Assembly: GCA_001029635.1 (NCBI GenBank)
Contig: CP011209.1
Location: 618,435 to 682,434 of the forward strand
From: Candidatus Wolfebacteria bacterium GW2011_GWB1_47_1
GTDB taxonomy: Bacteria > Patescibacteriota > Minisyncoccia > UBA6257 > UBA9933
Direction of reading: 5' to 3'
DNA: 64,000 nucleotides
Under the pieces are notes generated by a model that was given only the letters and a program-made list of their open reading frames with translations, was not told where the DNA came from and made no database searches. Every line of letters starts with the position of its first letter. Positions within the stretch are counted from its first letter, which is position 1. The position numbers and the translations under genes are program-made. Below, piece after piece: positions 42,416 through 51,298 of this stretch.

Positions 42416-43222
42416 TTAACGAATTTCGTAGCGAAGGGTGACATTGATATTCACCTCCTGTGATCCTGGCTCGATGGATGGGGCGATCGGTGTCGCCATT
42501 TCCATTGATGAGGTCTTTAGCATATCTCCTCCTCTGCCATATGCATAGTACGGGATCTGCCCTCCACTTTCGTCGATCGAAAGTAATTTTCCAATACCGA
42601 AGTCCCCGCTCTTTGCAATCGCCTTTGCCTTTTCTTGCGCCTGCTTGATTGCTGCTTCCCGTGCTTCTGTTTCAATCTTCACCTTGTCGTCTATCGTGAA
42701 TGAAAGCTGCGAAACGGTATTGGCCCCTTTCTGGGTAAGTGTCCCCATAATATCTCCGATCTTTGCGAAGTCACGTATTTTCACCGTAGCGCTTTGTGTG
42801 ATCGTATACCCAACAATGTCCGGAGGCGGGCATGGGCGCACCTCCATCGTTGTCGGAGTAAGTGATCGTGACGAGCAATCGTAGTACTGATATCGCGGAT
42901 CGATACTAAACTGCTGCGTCTTGATATCTTTTACATCAACTCCCTGTGATTTGATGAATGAGATGATCGCATTCATCTTTTCGGCATTCTGTTCCTGCGA
43001 TTCGGTAATATCTTTACCTCCTTGCGTTACGACGCCAAAGTTAAACTGTGCGATATCCGGGATCGCCGTTACCTTGCCTTCTCCACTGACTGCGAAACTG
43101 CGAAATGATGACGGTTGTATCGATTCCGCGTACGCGCGTGCGTAGATGAACCCTGCGTAGGTGAGTAGTGTGATGGCGATGACTCCAATCGCACTAAGAC
43201 TATTTTTAATCTTTGTATCCAT
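42416..43222 (-). CDS. SIMPL (DUF541) domain protein, membrane-anchored
   Basis: ...VSGEGKVTAIPDIAQFNFGVV... and ...EAREAAIKQAQEKAKAIAKS... are typical of SIMPL. Start set at MDTKIKN. Confidence 0.75.
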   Translation of the reverse strand: MDTKIKNSLSAIGVIAITLLTYAGFIYARAYAESIQPSSFRSFAVSGEGKVTAIPDIAQFNFGVVTQGGKDITESQEQNAEKMNAIISFIKSQGVDVKDIKTQQFSIDPRYQYYDCSSRSLTPTTMEVRPCPPPDIVGYTITQSATVKIRDFAKIGDIMGTLTQKGANTVSQLSFTIDDKVKIETEAREAAIKQAQEKAKAIAKSGDFGIGKLLSIDESGGQIPYYAYGRGGDMLKTSSMEMATPIAPSIEPGSQEVNINVTLRYEIR

Positions 43223-43236
43223 GATTGTGATGATGA

Positions 43237-43635
43237 TTATAGAAGTCCGAGTACTTCTTTTGATTTTAGTATGACATCCTCCATACTCCAATTCGACTTT
43301 AGGAGATAGAATGCCGGTTCCGCTAATGAAACTTTTTTGAGCATTTCATCATCGGTGTCGAAATTTGTAAGAACGATTACTTTTACCATCTTCCCCCATT
43401 CGTCTTCCCTGACCCTTTTAAGCATTGTCAGGCCGTCCATTTTTGGCATGAGAATGTCAACTAATAGTAGATCAGGATGTTCTTTAAGTGCCAACGCAAG
43501 TCCATCTTCCCCATTTCTTGCGGTCAGTACCTCTATCACTCCCTCACGTTTAAATGAGTCGACGAGCGCATTGAGCATCGATTCTTCATCTTCGACAAAA
43601 AGAATCTTTTTCCGTTGCAATGACTGTGGTTCCAT
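43237..43635 (-). CDS. Stand-alone response-regulator receiver domain protein
   Basis: KKILFVEDEE...LLLVDILMPKMDG...VIVLTN is a CheY-like fold with no output domain. Confidence 0.85.
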   Translation of the reverse strand: MEPQSLQRKKILFVEDEESMLNALVDSFKREGVIEVLTARNGEDGLALALKEHPDLLLVDILMPKMDGLTMLKRVREDEWGKMVKVIVLTNFDTDDEMLKKVSLAEPAFYLLKSNWSMEDVILKSKEVLGLL

Positions 43636-43691
43636 ATTGCCTATAGTATATACCTGTTTTCTTTATTCGACCAGGGATTGCTTCTCTGAAA

Positions 43692-45911
43692 TTACACTGC
43701 GAGCGGTCGTGTGCCCTGTTTTGCCTTCATGCCGGTAAGCGGGAGTGATACGTAGAATGTCGTCCCTTTGTTTTCTTCTGATTCGAACCAAACCTTACCA
43801 CTCGAATATTCAATCAATGATTTTATAATATAGAGACCGAGTCCATTGCCATCAGGCTCCTTCGCGCGTGCATTGTCCGCACGGAAAAACTTTGTAAAGA
43901 TTTTCGACTGCTGATCAATTGGAATTCCCAGTCCAGTATCTTTAATCGATATCAGAATGTCCCCATCGTGTTCGTTAAGCGCTATTACGATTACACCACT
44001 TTCTTGGGTGTATTTTACCGCGTTTGTTAGTAGATTTTGAAATACCATCCGTAGTAATTTTGGATCGGCATTAATTTGAGGTAATTGTTCGCCATAATTT
44101 TTTGTTATTTGCAACTTTTTACTGGTTATTTGTGGTGCCAGATCTTTTAACGTTTCATTCATTACCGATGCAAAATCGAGCGGCTGTACATCGACCATGA
44201 AGGTTCCCATGTCAATGCGCGAAACGTTAAGCAGCGCATTTACTAAGTCGATCATGCGTTTGCTTGCGCGCATGATCTCGTCCAGGTATTGTCGTTGCTT
44301 TTCCGATAGTTCCGTATTGGACGTCGTCAGCATCTCTACGTACCAATTGATAATAGTCAGGGGGGTGCGCAATTGGTGTGATGCGATCGAAACGAACTCG
44401 GTTTTTGATTTGTCTATTTCCTTTTGTCGCGTAATGTCCCGTTCGACTCCGACGAATCCGTACAAGTTCTGCTTTTCGTCAAATATCGGTGATATATGCG
44501 ATTCTGCGATATAGAGCTGTCCATTTTTCCGCTTATTAGTTACCTCGCCATGAAAACTTTGCCTATCTTCCTTGATTGTTCTCCACATACGCCGATAAAA
44601 CTCCGCGGGCATCTGCTTGCCCCATAGTGATGGCCGATTTCCTTTCATTTCGTCTATTGAATACCCCGTAATCTCTTCAGCAGCTTTGTTTGCATAAAGG
44701 ATAATTCCCTCCTTATCCGTAATAATAATATGATCAGATGCCCCTTCAACGGCAAGTTTGAATTTTTCAAGATCCTCGGTCACCTCCTGTATTTTTTTTT
44801 CGAGAATCATGTGGGAACCTTCCAAGTTTTTTGCCATTTCGTTAAAAGACGCACCGAGATCCCCTAATTCATCTCTTGAATCCACACTTGTCCGTATGCC
44901 GAACATGCCTCGCCCGAGCTTTAATGCGGAATCTGAGAGCATCCTAAGTGGTTCGATGACTGTTCGCATTAATACATACATGAGAACCAATATAAATGCG
45001 ACGAGAATGATTACCAGCGCGAGCGTATTCGCGCGCATCTGCTCTATTGACGCAAACGCCTGAGCTCGATCTATTTCAGTTACTATTTTCCATCCATTAT
45101 CCAAACATACCATCGCTCCAATTACCAATACGCCATCGCTATTAGTGTACTGCCTCGCTTTGCCGCATTGCGCAACCACATCGCTTGACTCAGGATGTTT
45201 TGTCAGTGCACCACTTCTTTGAAGGCTAAACCCTTTGCCGTCGATGATAAATGTCGTGAGTGTTGAATATTTTGGAGAATCTTGCGTTACTGTTTTATTA
45301 AGCGTTTTCAGTACTCCTGCAATATAGTCTGCTCGAATAAAGTTTATAAGCGTCCCAATGTGCTCCCCGGTCACCTTGTCTATGAGTGGTGCACTAATCG
45401 CAAGTGAAATTTCTTCAGTGTCAAAGTGACGTATTATCTCAAAATCGCTTAGATATGTGGATCCATAATTCAAGTCTTCAGACTGGGTGAGATACACATC
45501 TTCCGATTCATTTTTACCGATTTCTGTTTGTTTTGTGGAGGCAATAACTACAGCTGTTTTATCAAGAATATTAATCCCATAGATCGATGGATCGATCGAC
45601 CGCTTATTCTTTTCCAAATGTTCATTCAGCGCTGTTATTTTTTTTGCATCTCCTGACATAACTATCTCTTTAGTTGTATCGCGAATGAATCCGTCAGATG
45701 AAAAATCAGCTGCGCGTTGGCTCATTTGTTTGATTGCTTCGAGCAGCGTCATTTTGGATGTGTTATTTACGATTGCAAGTATATCGGATGTTTCTCCAAT
45801 GATCCTATTTCTTTGTGTCGTAAAAATCATGTAGTTAGCCCCAATAACCAGCAGTAGTAGTAATGTTAGGCCGCTTAGTATTTTCCACCCTATCGTGTAT
45901 CGTTTTAACAT
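43692..45911 (-). CDS. Sensor histidine kinase (extracytoplasmic Cache-like sensor, HAMP, PAS, HisKA, HATPase_c)
   Basis: H-box SHQLRTPLT, plus N (LLTNAVKY), G1 (DTGLGI) and G2 (GLGLY) boxes. Two TM segments flank a 260-aa sensor domain. Confidence 0.85.
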   Translation of the reverse strand: MLKRYTIGWKILSGLTLLLLLVIGANYMIFTTQRNRIIGETSDILAIVNNTSKMTLLEAIKQMSQRAADFSSDGFIRDTTKEIVMSGDAKKITALNEHLEKNKRSIDPSIYGINILDKTAVVIASTKQTEIGKNESEDVYLTQSEDLNYGSTYLSDFEIIRHFDTEEISLAISAPLIDKVTGEHIGTLINFIRADYIAGVLKTLNKTVTQDSPKYSTLTTFIIDGKGFSLQRSGALTKHPESSDVVAQCGKARQYTNSDGVLVIGAMVCLDNGWKIVTEIDRAQAFASIEQMRANTLALVIILVAFILVLMYVLMRTVIEPLRMLSDSALKLGRGMFGIRTSVDSRDELGDLGASFNEMAKNLEGSHMILEKKIQEVTEDLEKFKLAVEGASDHIIITDKEGIILYANKAAEEITGYSIDEMKGNRPSLWGKQMPAEFYRRMWRTIKEDRQSFHGEVTNKRKNGQLYIAESHISPIFDEKQNLYGFVGVERDITRQKEIDKSKTEFVSIASHQLRTPLTIINWYVEMLTTSNTELSEKQRQYLDEIMRASKRMIDLVNALLNVSRIDMGTFMVDVQPLDFASVMNETLKDLAPQITSKKLQITKNYGEQLPQINADPKLLRMVFQNLLTNAVKYTQESGVIVIALNEHDGDILISIKDTGLGIPIDQQSKIFTKFFRADNARAKEPDGNGLGLYIIKSLIEYSSGKVWFESEENKGTTFYVSLPLTGMKAKQGTRPLAV

Positions 45912-45961
45912 GGGAGCTTTACGTGCATTATGTGTAATCAGTGCGACTTTTGATCGACCTA

Positions 45962-48199
45962 TTAGTCTTTTTTATTTGGTAATACCGCATAAAATGTCGA
46001 TCCTTTATTTTCTTCCGACTCGAACCAAATAGTCCCCCCGATGAGTTCAAGAATTGATTTTACGATATAGAGCCCGAGCCCATTTCCTTCGGGTTGCTCC
46101 TTTTGCGCATTGTCCGCACGAAAGAATTTCTCAAAAATACGTGCCTGTTGGCCGACCGGAATCCCGTATCCATTGTCTGCTACGGTGATAAGTATTTCCG
46201 CAATACCCTTCCGTGCTATTCCAATAGTAATAATCCCCTTTTCTGGAGTGTACTGTATGGCATTTAGTATCAGATTCTGGAATATAATCCGGACAAGCGC
46301 AGGATCAGCATTAATACTTGATGCCTGTGGATCATATTCTCGTACGATATGTAGCTGCTTTTTCTCGATAGGATTTCCCATCTCAACCAGTATCGAGTCC
46401 GCTATTTCCGTCAGTTGTATCTGCTCGGGTTTGACATTTAGTGCCCCCAAGTCAACCCGCGAGACGCTCAAAAGTGAATTTATCAGATCCACCATTCTTT
46501 TGCTTGCTGACTGAATCCTTCCGAGATATTCTTGCTGCTCATTATTTAGTTGCCCAACTTCTCCTTTGGAGAGCATTTGTGTGTACCAATTTATGACAGT
46601 GAGTGGGGTGCGGAGCTGATGTGATGCGATTGAGATGAATTCGTTTTTTGTTTTATCCGCTTCTCTTCGCGCTGTAATATCCCGTTGGATACTCACAAAA
46701 CCATACAGTTTCCCTTTATTCATAAGAAGTGGGGATATATGCAGCTCGGACAAATATCGTTCACCACCCTTTCTTTTATTAGTGATTTCTCCGTGAAACT
46801 CCTCCTTTTTTATCTTGATTGTTTCCCATAGTTTCCCATAAAATTCAATTGGCATTTGTCGACCCCAGAGGGATGGTTTTACTCCAATCAATTCTAACTG
46901 TGTGTATCCGGTTAGCGTTTCCATTGCTTTGTTTGCATACAGAATACGACCATCAACGTCTGTGATGATGACAGGATCTGAAACGGCTTCTATAGCCAAA
47001 CGAAACTTTTCGAAATCCGCAGTACGCTCCCATACCTTTCCCTCGAGGTTTGTGTATGTGTCATTGAGTTTCGCAGTCATGTTATTGAATGCCATTCCGA
47101 GTTCTTCAAACTCATCCCCTGTGTCAATAGTAACCACCTGTTTTAGATTTCCTTTGCCAATTTGAGATGCTACCGCTTTTAGCTTTGTTAATGGTTTTAG
47201 TAATTTTGCGACAAGCAAAAATAATAGTATTGCGACACCGGCTGACGCGAGCGCTATAAAAATACTGACAATGCGAGCGATTTTTTTTGCTACAGCTACA
47301 AAACCTTGCGTGGGTTCTTCAAGGAGAATGAAAAACGGCGCATTATTGACCCGAGCTATTCCAATAATCTCATTTCGCTGGTGTTGGGCATCATACGTTT
47401 CGAAAGCCGTTGATCGTTTAATTTCAGTAAGTATTACCCCTTCCGCTTCATACTGCAGTGGCATTATGGTGATATTGCCGAATTTATGGGTATCCGCAAG
47501 TATTTTTTGTAGTGCGGGAGACAGTGGCCTAAAGCTTTTATACAGCAGTTCTTGCCTATCAGTTTGTATCACAACCCCGTATTCGTCGATTAACATCGCC
47601 CCCCCCTCCGGACTTAATATTTTTGGACGCAATGCATCGCCGATCAATGTATCTTTTAATTTTGCGACTAAAACACCAATTATCACCCCATCGGGTGTTT
47701 TGACCGGATGCGAAAAATAATATCCGAATTTTTTACTCGTTACCCCGATTGCCGAATCAATCACTAGTTCTCCTTCAATAGCCTTTTTAAAATAAGGACG
47801 AAATCCATAATTTTGACCAACAAAGGTCGGATCGGTTGAAACCACCGTCCTCCCTGTCATATCCATTAGATAGATCGCTTGATAGCTGTGATCTATATCA
47901 AATCTAGTAAAATGGGCGAGAAGAAAGGCGTCTTGCGGCTGTGGATCCTCTTGTTGCAAATATTTAATTACCTCATCATGCGCCGCAAGATGCTGTACGA
48001 ATGATTTCGAATTATTAAACACATTCGTAAGCGTCTCTTCTTGTTGAATGACGATTGATTCGAAATATTCAATTGCGAGCACCGAGATAGTTCGCTGCAT
48101 CATACCATACACCGCGATTGTCGCGAGTGTTCCGAAAAAAAACATAACCGTAATAATTACCAGAACAACCTTCTTCTTAAATGATATACGAAGTTTCAT
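45962..48199 (-). CDS. Sensor histidine kinase, tandem paralog with a divergent sensor domain
   Basis: Cytoplasmic PAS-HisKA-ATPase portion is closely similar to 43692..45911. Start set at MKLRISF (48199) to avoid overlap with pyrD. Confidence 0.8.
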   Translation of the reverse strand: MKLRISFKKKVVLVIITVMFFFGTLATIAVYGMMQRTISVLAIEYFESIVIQQEETLTNVFNNSKSFVQHLAAHDEVIKYLQQEDPQPQDAFLLAHFTRFDIDHSYQAIYLMDMTGRTVVSTDPTFVGQNYGFRPYFKKAIEGELVIDSAIGVTSKKFGYYFSHPVKTPDGVIIGVLVAKLKDTLIGDALRPKILSPEGGAMLIDEYGVVIQTDRQELLYKSFRPLSPALQKILADTHKFGNITIMPLQYEAEGVILTEIKRSTAFETYDAQHQRNEIIGIARVNNAPFFILLEEPTQGFVAVAKKIARIVSIFIALASAGVAILLFLLVAKLLKPLTKLKAVASQIGKGNLKQVVTIDTGDEFEELGMAFNNMTAKLNDTYTNLEGKVWERTADFEKFRLAIEAVSDPVIITDVDGRILYANKAMETLTGYTQLELIGVKPSLWGRQMPIEFYGKLWETIKIKKEEFHGEITNKRKGGERYLSELHISPLLMNKGKLYGFVSIQRDITARREADKTKNEFISIASHQLRTPLTVINWYTQMLSKGEVGQLNNEQQEYLGRIQSASKRMVDLINSLLSVSRVDLGALNVKPEQIQLTEIADSILVEMGNPIEKKQLHIVREYDPQASSINADPALVRIIFQNLILNAIQYTPEKGIITIGIARKGIAEILITVADNGYGIPVGQQARIFEKFFRADNAQKEQPEGNGLGLYIVKSILELIGGTIWFESEENKGSTFYAVLPNKKD

Positions 48200-48245
48200 A
48201 AAAGTAGTCCGCAATTTAATATATATATAAGTATACAATATTTTT

Positions 48246-49382
48246 TTACGGCTCCCTATGGTGCTCAATTTTTGAGCCAATAGCTTCGGAAAGCGTCTTA
48301 AATCCATCTTGCTTAAGTAGTTCAATAATTCCCCTGTTAATTTCACTGATGACCTGAGGACCTTCAAAAATCATACCCGTTATCATTTGCACCAAGGATG
48401 CGCCACTGCAGATTTTTTTATACGCATCGTTTGCTGAAAAGATGCCTCCACAACCAACGATGATATATCTTCCCCGTGTTCTCTTATAAATATACCCAAT
48501 CATCGCATCGGACCGGTCTTGCACAAGCTTGCCGCTCATTCCTCCATATGGAGGAATGTTGGCATCCTTTATATTTTCGTTTCCTCGGTCTTTGGTTAGA
48601 TTTGTACAGATAAATCCATTAATGCGATGTCTATCCGCGACCTCAATAATCCCGTTGATATGGTCGTTTGACAGATCCGCGGACAACTTGAGAAATACGG
48701 GTTTTGTTGTTTTGATTGCATCGAGCCTTGTTAGCAACGCATCGAGTGCCGTGGGTTCCACAAATGGCTCCCCCATACAGGTGTTCGGACAACTAATGTT
48801 GATCGTAAAATAGTCTCCTATTGTTGCGAATGTCTCGAATGCCTTTGCGTAGTCGGCAATCCCCGCGTCTTGGGTTGCCGTGCTTGCATCATTGGTCATC
48901 GCAATACTTGTCCCGATCGGTATAAAAAATTTTTTTAATGCAAGCCGTTTGGCAATTACATCGCATCCGGCGTTTTTTAATCCATAATAAACAACCAGTC
49001 CTTTTGATTTTTTCATACGCCAAAGCCGCGGCTTTGGATTGCCTTTACATGCGCGGCCGGTTATCGAACCTATTTCTTCGAATCCGAACCCGACTGAGCC
49101 AATGATGTCGGTCAGGACACCATCTTTATCGAATCCCGCAGCCAGCCCTACGGGATTTGTAAATTCAATTCCTGCTATCGTTTGTTTTAATATCGGATGC
49201 GTATAGCCGAACGTCAGCCGTGTTAGTGTCCGAGTTAACGCATATCTTCCGAGGCGTTGTCCTATGTGTGTCATTGCATCGTGCACCTGTTCCGGGTCAA
49301 TGCGGAAATATATGCGCTTGAGAATATTTTTGTATATCGCGGCAATCGAGCCGTTTCTTACGGCAATGAGGCTATTTTTCAT
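48246..49382 (-). CDS. pyrD: Dihydroorotate dehydrogenase (class 2-like)
   Basis: ...NPVGLAAGFDKDG..., ...NISCPNT... and ...GGIFSANDAYKKICSGASLVQ... motifs, with a long N-terminal extension typical of class 2. Confidence 0.85.
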   Translation of the reverse strand: MKNSLIAVRNGSIAAIYKNILKRIYFRIDPEQVHDAMTHIGQRLGRYALTRTLTRLTFGYTHPILKQTIAGIEFTNPVGLAAGFDKDGVLTDIIGSVGFGFEEIGSITGRACKGNPKPRLWRMKKSKGLVVYYGLKNAGCDVIAKRLALKKFFIPIGTSIAMTNDASTATQDAGIADYAKAFETFATIGDYFTINISCPNTCMGEPFVEPTALDALLTRLDAIKTTKPVFLKLSADLSNDHINGIIEVADRHRINGFICTNLTKDRGNENIKDANIPPYGGMSGKLVQDRSDAMIGYIYKRTRGRYIIVGCGGIFSANDAYKKICSGASLVQMITGMIFEGPQVISEINRGIIELLKQDGFKTLSEAIGSKIEHHREP

Positions 49383-49397
49383 CAGTTTAGTATATAT

Positions 49398-49425
49398 AAA
49401 AAACGATACTACTGTATCGTTTTTA
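49398..49425. terminator. Bidirectional-looking hairpin terminator (aaaaacgatac tact gtatcgttttt)
   Basis: Lies between ybaB and pyrD on the minus strand. Confidence 0.6.
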
Positions 49426-49445
49426 TTATATCATGGAATGCTTTT

Positions 49446-49694
49446 TTATTTCTGCATTGCCGCAAATTTTCCCGCAATTGCTTGCTGGGCCTTCTTTACC
49501 GCATCATTAAACACCTCCTTCATTAATTTCTGCAGTCTATCATTCGCAATACCCTCCTCAATACTCACTTCGTTTACTTCGAATGCACCATTCATCGTTA
49601 TGCGCACACCATCTCTTTCCGCCGTCACCTCCTCCTTCTGGATCGCATTCTGTAATTCTTTGAGTTGTTTTAGTTGTTTAAATGAATCGAACAT
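49446..49694 (-). CDS. ybaB: YbaB/EbfC family nucleoid-associated protein
   Basis: MFDSFKQLKQLKELQNAIQKEEVTAERDGVRITMNG... matches the family pattern. The ORF-track start at 49739 is an alternative. Confidence 0.8.
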   Translation of the reverse strand: MFDSFKQLKQLKELQNAIQKEEVTAERDGVRITMNGAFEVNEVSIEEGIANDRLQKLMKEVFNDAVKKAQQAIAGKFAAMQK

Positions 49695-49762
49695 ATTTTT
49701 GTTGTAGTCGTTAGTTACTATGTCAGTAAATTGTATCATACGGCGGGTAAAAATTCATATAC

Positions 49763-49792
49763 AAAAAGCCGCCAGTCTAAAGACTGGCGGTT
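49763..49792 (-). terminator. Intrinsic terminator of gene 49830..50612
   Basis: ccgccagtc ttta gactggcgg plus T5 on the minus strand. Confidence 0.7.
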
Positions 49793-49829
49793 GGTGTTCT
49801 GCCTTGGCAAGGGGCGTGTCCGTTACGTT

Positions 49830-50612
49830 TTACTCGCCGGTAGCGACCGGCGTGAGTGTGAGCTCGCGCCCCCGGATCGCCGCATAGAGCGCGCCCCCAG
49901 CGTGGTTTATTTCACCAAGGAGCGTGCCTATTCTTTGCCCGAAGGCAAAGCGGCCGGTTACCGTCGCCTTGGACCGGGTGAGGGTCGCAATGACTGTGGT
50001 CGAGTCCGAAAGGGTCACGGCGATCTTCTTGTCCTGTACCCGCCCGAGGAACGTTACGGGTTTGCCGAATTCGTGCATGATGTCCGCCCCCTCGACCCAG
50101 TTCTCGTTGAGCTGAGAAAGAGGGATCCTTTTCAGTTGGCCGACCTGTGTGAACAGGACGCCCTGGCCGTCGTTTAAAAGTCTGATGTTGCTTATGTTCG
50201 GATTGGCGGCGCGAAGCTTGGCCGTACCGAAGCCAAAGTAGTACTGGCTCATCACCGGCGTCTTTTCCGAAGCGCTGCCCGGGAAGAACGCGGTGACCAT
50301 GTTGAGTGCCGACATCTGCTCGGTGATCAGACTAGCAACGGCCTTGACCGTTTCGTTGAGCGGCCCGTCTACTTCCAGGACCACCAGGCGATTCTTCATC
50401 TGAATACTAATGATCTTGGTCACGGGGACCGCGGGCATGATCTCCATTGCGGGAATCGGCATGCTCATCTTTTCGGCTATGCGCGCGGGGAGGTCGAGGG
50501 TCTGCGTGTGGACGCCTTTCCCCTGTACGACGAGGCTCAGGATCCTGCGAGGGTCTAACAAATTGCTGCGAAGATCTCCTACTCCGGTGTACCTGTTATG
50601 GCTGCACTTCAT
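49830..50612 (-). CDS. Hypothetical protein (260 aa), strongly GC-elevated orphan
   Basis: AAGGAG SD upstream of MKCSHN. TTGACA-N16-TAAAAT promoter at about 50690-50721 (minus). Spot GC counts are 53-67% per 60-nt line. No family recognised. Confidence 0.65.
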   Translation of the reverse strand: MKCSHNRYTGVGDLRSNLLDPRRILSLVVQGKGVHTQTLDLPARIAEKMSMPIPAMEIMPAVPVTKIISIQMKNRLVVLEVDGPLNETVKAVASLITEQMSALNMVTAFFPGSASEKTPVMSQYYFGFGTAKLRAANPNISNIRLLNDGQGVLFTQVGQLKRIPLSQLNENWVEGADIMHEFGKPVTFLGRVQDKKIAVTLSDSTTVIATLTRSKATVTGRFAFGQRIGTLLGEINHAGGALYAAIRGRELTLTPVATGE

Positions 50613-50830
50613 GAGCGCTCCTTTTCTTGTTGGGGTTGCGGTTGATGTCCTTGCCAAGACATTGTGAAATTCGAAATGTGCTACAGATTTTTATTTTACC
50701 ACATCATCTAATTTTGTCAACTAACACTCCGCTAACGCACATTTCGGCCAAAGTAATTTACAATACCCTAATAGGGCTCCGGTTACATTGTCATATCGGC
50801 GGAGGCCGGTATCCAGCATTGTTGTGGAAA

Positions 50831-51016
50831 AATAGTTTTAGGGTTGTGAACCTGGATCCCGTGTCGGAGCACGGGATGACAACAATGTTCCGTTACTATG
50901 GTGTATGTTTCCGCTCGCATGTCTTTTTCCAAGAACCGGGAAGGGTGAATGTGGTGGCGAATAGTATCGCCTGCTATGACGCTAATCTTTTGTTCGAAAT
51001 ATGCGTTGGTTGAGTA
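50831..51016 (+). repeat. Copy B of the two-copy element (uninterrupted form)
   Basis: See 1270..1556. Contains the 8-bp hairpin ATCCCGTG/CACGGGAT (50855-50876). Confidence 0.85.
50875..51012 (+). CDS. Candidate 45-aa small protein (MTTMFRYYGVCFRSHVFFQEPGRVNVVANSIACYDANLLFEICVG)
   Basis: GGAG sits in the hairpin loop 6 nt upstream of the ATG. A terminator follows directly. Plus strand within an otherwise minus-strand region. Confidence 0.45.
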
Positions 51017-51021
51017 ACTAA

Positions 51022-51048
51022 TAAAAATCCTCTCATCGAGAGGATTTT
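51022..51048. terminator. Bidirectional hairpin terminator (aaaaatcctctc atcg agaggattttt)
   Basis: Serves the small plus-strand ORF and the minus-strand PspC-domain gene. Confidence 0.75.
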
Positions 51049-51050
51049 TA

Positions 51051-51293
51051 TTATGCCGCGTTTTCTTCCGTAGTTTTCTTTGCTTTAGCTACCTTTTTAT
51101 GCTCACTTCGATGTGGAACAATGAGTGCGGCGAAGATGTACGCGATCACTCCCGGGAATATTCCCGTAAAGACTACAACCAGTATCCATACGACCCGCAA
51201 CAATACGGGGTCGAGATCAAAATATTCACCTACTCCTCCGATCACACCGCTGACCGCTTTATTCGATTCGCTTTTGTATAATCGCTTTGTCAT
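51051..51293 (-). CDS. PspC domain-containing membrane protein
   Basis: RLYKSESNKAVSGVIGGVGEYFDLDPVLLRVVWIL is the PspC motif. Confidence 0.85.
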   Translation of the reverse strand: MTKRLYKSESNKAVSGVIGGVGEYFDLDPVLLRVVWILVVVFTGIFPGVIAYIFAALIVPHRSEHKKVAKAKKTTEENAA

Positions 51294-51298
51294 ATCCG

